NCBI RefSeq assembly: GCF_000143415.4
Contig: NW_003314582.1
Location: 1 to 11,094, forward strand
DNA length: 11,094 nucleotides
Reading direction: 5' to 3'
From: Selaginella moellendorffii
Lineage: Eukaryota > Plantae > Lycopodiophyta
A model generated the notes under the pieces. It did no database searches. It was not told where the DNA came from and worked only from the letters and a program-made list of their open reading frames with translations. How positions within the stretch are numbered: the first letter of the stretch is position 1; the number at the start of each line of letters is the position of its first letter. Shown here piece after piece: positions 7,937 through 11,094 of this stretch. The position numbers and the translations under genes were made by a program.

Positions 7937-9566
7937 TTAAGCAAATGCTTTCAGAGCATTCATGAGAACGTCCGTGTGCTCTGGCTTTCCAACCGAGATT
8001 CGGATGTAGTTCCTGAGCTCCGCGTTATCATAATGGCGAACCATCACTCCCATTTTTGCTAATCCATCCTGCACTTACAATACTGAGCCAAATGCTTTCT
8101 TTTTCATTTTGGAAATACTGTCTACCTTGAGCTCCTTGGCGCTGCGGTTGCCAGAGACGGAACAAAGAATAAAATTGGAGCAGCTTGGATATGGTGACAA
8201 GTATTGCACTGTCTGGAGGAGCTCAAACAGCCTGTCTCTCTCCTGTATCAGAGATCTCTTCACCTCCTGGAGTAAACAAGCTTGAGAATCGTAAAAACAG
8301 ATAAAACTAGAGCATGGAGATCATACCTCGAGGTAAGAGGAATTTTTTAGAGCAGCACAGGCAGCTACTTCTGCCGCGGCGGACACGTTATACGGTTGTT
8401 TTGCTCTCCATAAGTAATGGATGAGATTCAATGGAAAGGCACCATATCCAACGCGCAATCCAGCCAGTCCTGAAAAACCAGAAACATTTTGTCGGGAGAT
8501 TTTATTTCCGGGTTACTTACCGGCACGCTTGCTAAAAGTCCGAAGAATGATGAGGTTGTCGTAGTCCTGAACCCATTTCATCCGGGAAGGTTGGTCTGCA
8601 AATTCAATATATGCTTCATCTAGAACAACGAGAAGTGGTAGAGCAAGAACGGCCATGAGATCCTCATCGGTTATTAAACTGAAAAAAAAAAGAGCCAAAA
8701 CATGTACTTGACATACAAGATTTTCTTACTTACCTCCCATCTGGATTGTTTGGCGATGTCAAAAAGATCAGCTTTGGAGAGTGCTTCTTCACTGCCTGCA
8801 CGATACCAGGAACATCGATGCGGAAGTCATGAAACCTCGGAACTATAGAAGCTTTAGCAAAGAACAGACTAAAGAAACTTGAATCGCAAACAAGACCTTT
8901 GATGACGCTTGCTCCGTTGACAGCGGCATCAAACGCATACATTGTGAAAGTGGGAGGACAATCCACAATCTTGTCACCAACTTCCAATGTACAACTAAAG
9001 AGATGAAGAACCATCTCGTGAAGAGCAAAAGGAAAAGAAAAAAAAAAAAAACGCAAGGAGTCGGTCACTTACCGCATGATCAAATCGATGAGCTCGTCGG
9101 CACCGCAGCCAGCAAGAATGTAATCCATAGACAGTCCCGAGTCTTCTGAAAGAGCTGCTCGAAGCCGCCTGCTCTCTGGATCTGGATAAATGTTTGGAAA
9201 GTCCATTCCTCCCAAGGATTCCATCACCTGTGTCAAACAAACAAGGACTAGAAAAAGAAGAAGAGGGAAAAAATTCCAAAGCTCTCAAACCTACATACTT
9301 CTGGTGGAGGCCCGTAGAGGTTCTCGTTGGCATCCAGCTTCACGATCTCTTTTGGAGACCTTCCAAGCTTGGCAGACAGCACCTACATTCACAGGAGAGG
9401 AGAATTCGGGACACAAGAGGAAGAATCATACCTCGAACGGCTCGATCGGCTTGTAAGGCGCCAAATCCAGCAAGTGCTTCCGGATGAAACCGCATCCCGC
9501 CGCTGGTGTGGCCGGCGCCATCGACAATGGGATGCTTGGCCCGCTGCAAGCGATTCTCGCCAGCAT
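7937..9566 (-). CDS. HISN6: histidinol-phosphate aminotransferase (HisC, PLP-dependent class II aminotransferase), 384 aa, 9 exons
   Basis: Exons 9566-9432, 9382-9299, 9227-9073, 8994-8897, 8842-8734, 8678-8521, 8469-8327, 8266-8126, 8068-7937, all GT-AG, total 1155 nt. Motifs [48 protein letters not shown] (PLP Lys), KQPYNV and IRISVG. An in-frame TAA 9 nt upstream fixes the start. Confidence 0.97.
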
Positions 9567-9574
9567 TCTTCCTT

Positions 9575-9583
9575 AAACCCTAA
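9575..9583 (+). promoter_or_regulatory. telo-box (AAACCCTAA) just upstream of the HISN6 start codon
   Basis: Exact AAACCCTAA at 9575-9583, within 10 nt of ATG 9566, antisense orientation relative to the gene. Confidence 0.45.
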
Positions 9584-9711
9584 ATCACTCGCTTTCCATT
9601 TTATGTGGTCGTCCCAATATAAACATGCTCATAATTTATAAATCTGAGCAGCCATGGATTGATTTGTGTTGCCATAGGTTTGGTGCGCTAGCCACAATCG
9701 CATATGTTTTC

Positions 9712-9960
9712 ATGCTACTTTTTTCTTGTTATTTTTATTGCGCTAGTATTTCAGTATTGGTTCAGCCACAACAACAGCAATGGCATTTAACAAAACTCCA
9801 ATTTTATGGAGGTGACAAGCTTAGCTCGGTAGCTTTTGATTGTTGTGAAGATAATTTTTAAGTGACTGAGGTTCACTCCACACTGTAAATCTAGTTTGTT
9901 TGTGGACAATGCCATTGTGAAGGTGTTGGAGTTCTTGGAATGTGGTTTTCCAGGAATAAA
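9712..9960 (+). pseudogene. possible decayed expansin/DPBB-family relic
   Basis: One frame reads hydrophobic leader MLLFSCYFYCASISVLV, then WHLTKLQFYGGD (FYGGD 9802-9816), then STL, then CGQC (9901-9912), interrupted by stops. It resembles the expansin pattern W..AHATFYGG.D...LSTAL...CGAC. Confidence 0.25.
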
Positions 9961-10217
9961 ATATGTAATATAATTTAAGCTTAGAAAACTAAAGGATGAT
10001 AAAAGCTAATATAAACCTAGCTAAAAGCCATTAACACTTATTCAGTCATTTTAGGCAAATGAAGATTGAGACAAGAATTTCTTTCGAGAATTTATTACTT
10101 TATTGACCTAAGAATGATGGAGAGATTCAATCCCAACTTTTGTTCTTCTCTTCATTCTACTTCTGCTTTGAATCTTCATGATCCATCCGCTTCCTGCAAA
10201 TATTGATATTGATGTTT

Positions 10218-10241
10218 GTGTTGTTGTTGTTATTGTTGTTG
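10218..10241 (+). repeat. imperfect (TTG)n microsatellite
   Basis: gtgttgttgttgttattgttgttg seen directly. Confidence 0.6.
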
Positions 10242-10624
10242 CTCCTTCTGTGTGGACCAGAGGACCTCCACCTTCATACATCCTCATGATCATCCATCTC
10301 AGGAGGATGCATTAGAGAATTGGACGCTAGCTCTACTGAAATACCATTATCCAAGACAAAAGCTCCCTTCCAACCAAAGATAGAGAGTGGCGAAGGCAAA
10401 CACTACAAGCAACACCAAAACAGCCTTCATTTGTTGTATAGAGCTTAACCGACTGTACTCTATATACTATAAGCTCCAGTAGTACAGCTATTAAGATTGA
10501 AAAAAAAATCATTGATTTTCTTTGATTGAATGAGGACAACGTGATTTAGCCCTCATACGTCCAGGAAATGTCCACAGCTACGCCTTTTGTCTTTGTAATT
10601 GGCGTGATCGCTTTGCAATCTGGC

Positions 10625-10631
10625 TATAAAA
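10625..10631 (+). promoter_or_regulatory. TATA box of the EG45-like gene
   Basis: CTATAAAA, TATA starting 76 nt upstream of ATG 10701. Confidence 0.55.
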
Positions 10632-10700
10632 ACAGCGCTCAACATATCTACCATAGTTTAACGTAGAAATCTTATATTTTCGTTTTTTTCTTTTCTTACA

Positions 10701-11094
10701 ATGGCAAGGCAATCAAAGGTATGGATTCCCGTACTTCTGGCATTGCATCTCGCAGTTCCCAGCTTACAAATCCATAGCACGGCCACATTCTATCACGCCT
10801 ATTATCGTGAGTTTTAGCCTTGATAGAGAACTCAACTCTAATCGCACAATATTTGATGTTTGTAATGTGAAAGCTTCTTCGTGCCGTGGATTTGCTCCTC
10901 TTCCCTCGGATTTCCTCTTCGTGGCGGCAGCTCCCAGCATCTTCCAGGCCAAAAGGGCGTGTGGGAAGCACTTCACTATACGTTGCGTAGGGAGCTCTTG
11001 CAAAGGCCACAAAAGCATCCGAGTGGTGGTGGTGGATTTGTGTCCCGGCTGCCCTGGAGCCTTTGATCTATCCAAGGAAGCATTTGAAAAGCTC
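10701..11094 (+). CDS. secreted EG45-like domain protein / plant natriuretic peptide-like (DPBB fold), 3'-truncated by the window edge
   Basis: Exon 1 10701-10806 (MARQSKVWIPVLLALHLAVPSLQIHSTATFYHAYY; signal peptide plus ATFY). Intron 10807-10873 (GTGAGT...AAG). Exon 2 from 10874: PSSCRGFAPLPSDFLFVAAAPSIFQAKRACGKHFTIRCVGSSCKGHKSIRVVVVDLCPGCPGAFDLSKEAFEKL. This matches the PNP/EG45 pattern PSAC...AA...ACG...RC...C...VVDxCP.C...DLSxEAF. Confidence 0.9.

Noticed and set aside
4585-9566. MAPDA next to HISN6 as a purine/histidine metabolic gene cluster
   Set aside because: No shared pathway step. Both are housekeeping genes separated by 1.7 kb of unrelated DNA, so adjacency is adequately explained by gene density.
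9190-9641. Plus-strand ORFs over HISN6, and similar ones at 2346-3013, 3161-3463, 3896-4147 and 5704-6216
   Set aside because: They are antisense shadows of confirmed minus-strand exons, with no motifs.
10108-10539. Minus-strand ORFs of 61 and 68 aa
   Set aside because: No recognisable domain; partly generated by the (TTG)n microsatellite.
10696-11075. Two ~100-aa minus-strand ORFs and the 61-aa plus ORF
   Set aside because: They are antisense or off-frame shadows of the EG45-like gene.

Overview
Gene-dense land-plant genomic DNA with very short GT-AG introns (24 introns, 47-78 nt). This is most consistent with a compact genome such as the lycophyte Selaginella (inference). Three intact minus-strand genes can be spliced by hand: a steroleosin/11-beta-HSD-like SDR (3071-4382, 347 aa), an N6-mAMP deaminase/ADAL (4585-6227, 357 aa) and histidinol-phosphate aminotransferase HISN6 (7937-9566, 384 aa). 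A plus-strand EG45-like/plant natriuretic peptide gene starts at 10701 and runs off the window. The most notable observations are four. (1) The steroleosin has an intact ORF and lipid-droplet anchor but substitutions at catalytic and cofactor positions (YxxxK to YNAAE, helix Asn to Thr, ARR to GNQ), so it is a candidate pseudoenzyme. (2) Its 202-bp upstream spacer carries an RY element next to a TATA box. (3) A rearranged, intron-containing partial duplicate of HISN6 lies at 2020-2958, with a micro-inversion breaking at the PLP-lysine motif. (4) Deletions in that duplicate repeatedly remove splice acceptors yet leave a possible 245-aa spliced ORF. Several decayed gene relics (LRR-, EF-hand-, PPR-E- and expansin-like) are low confidence.
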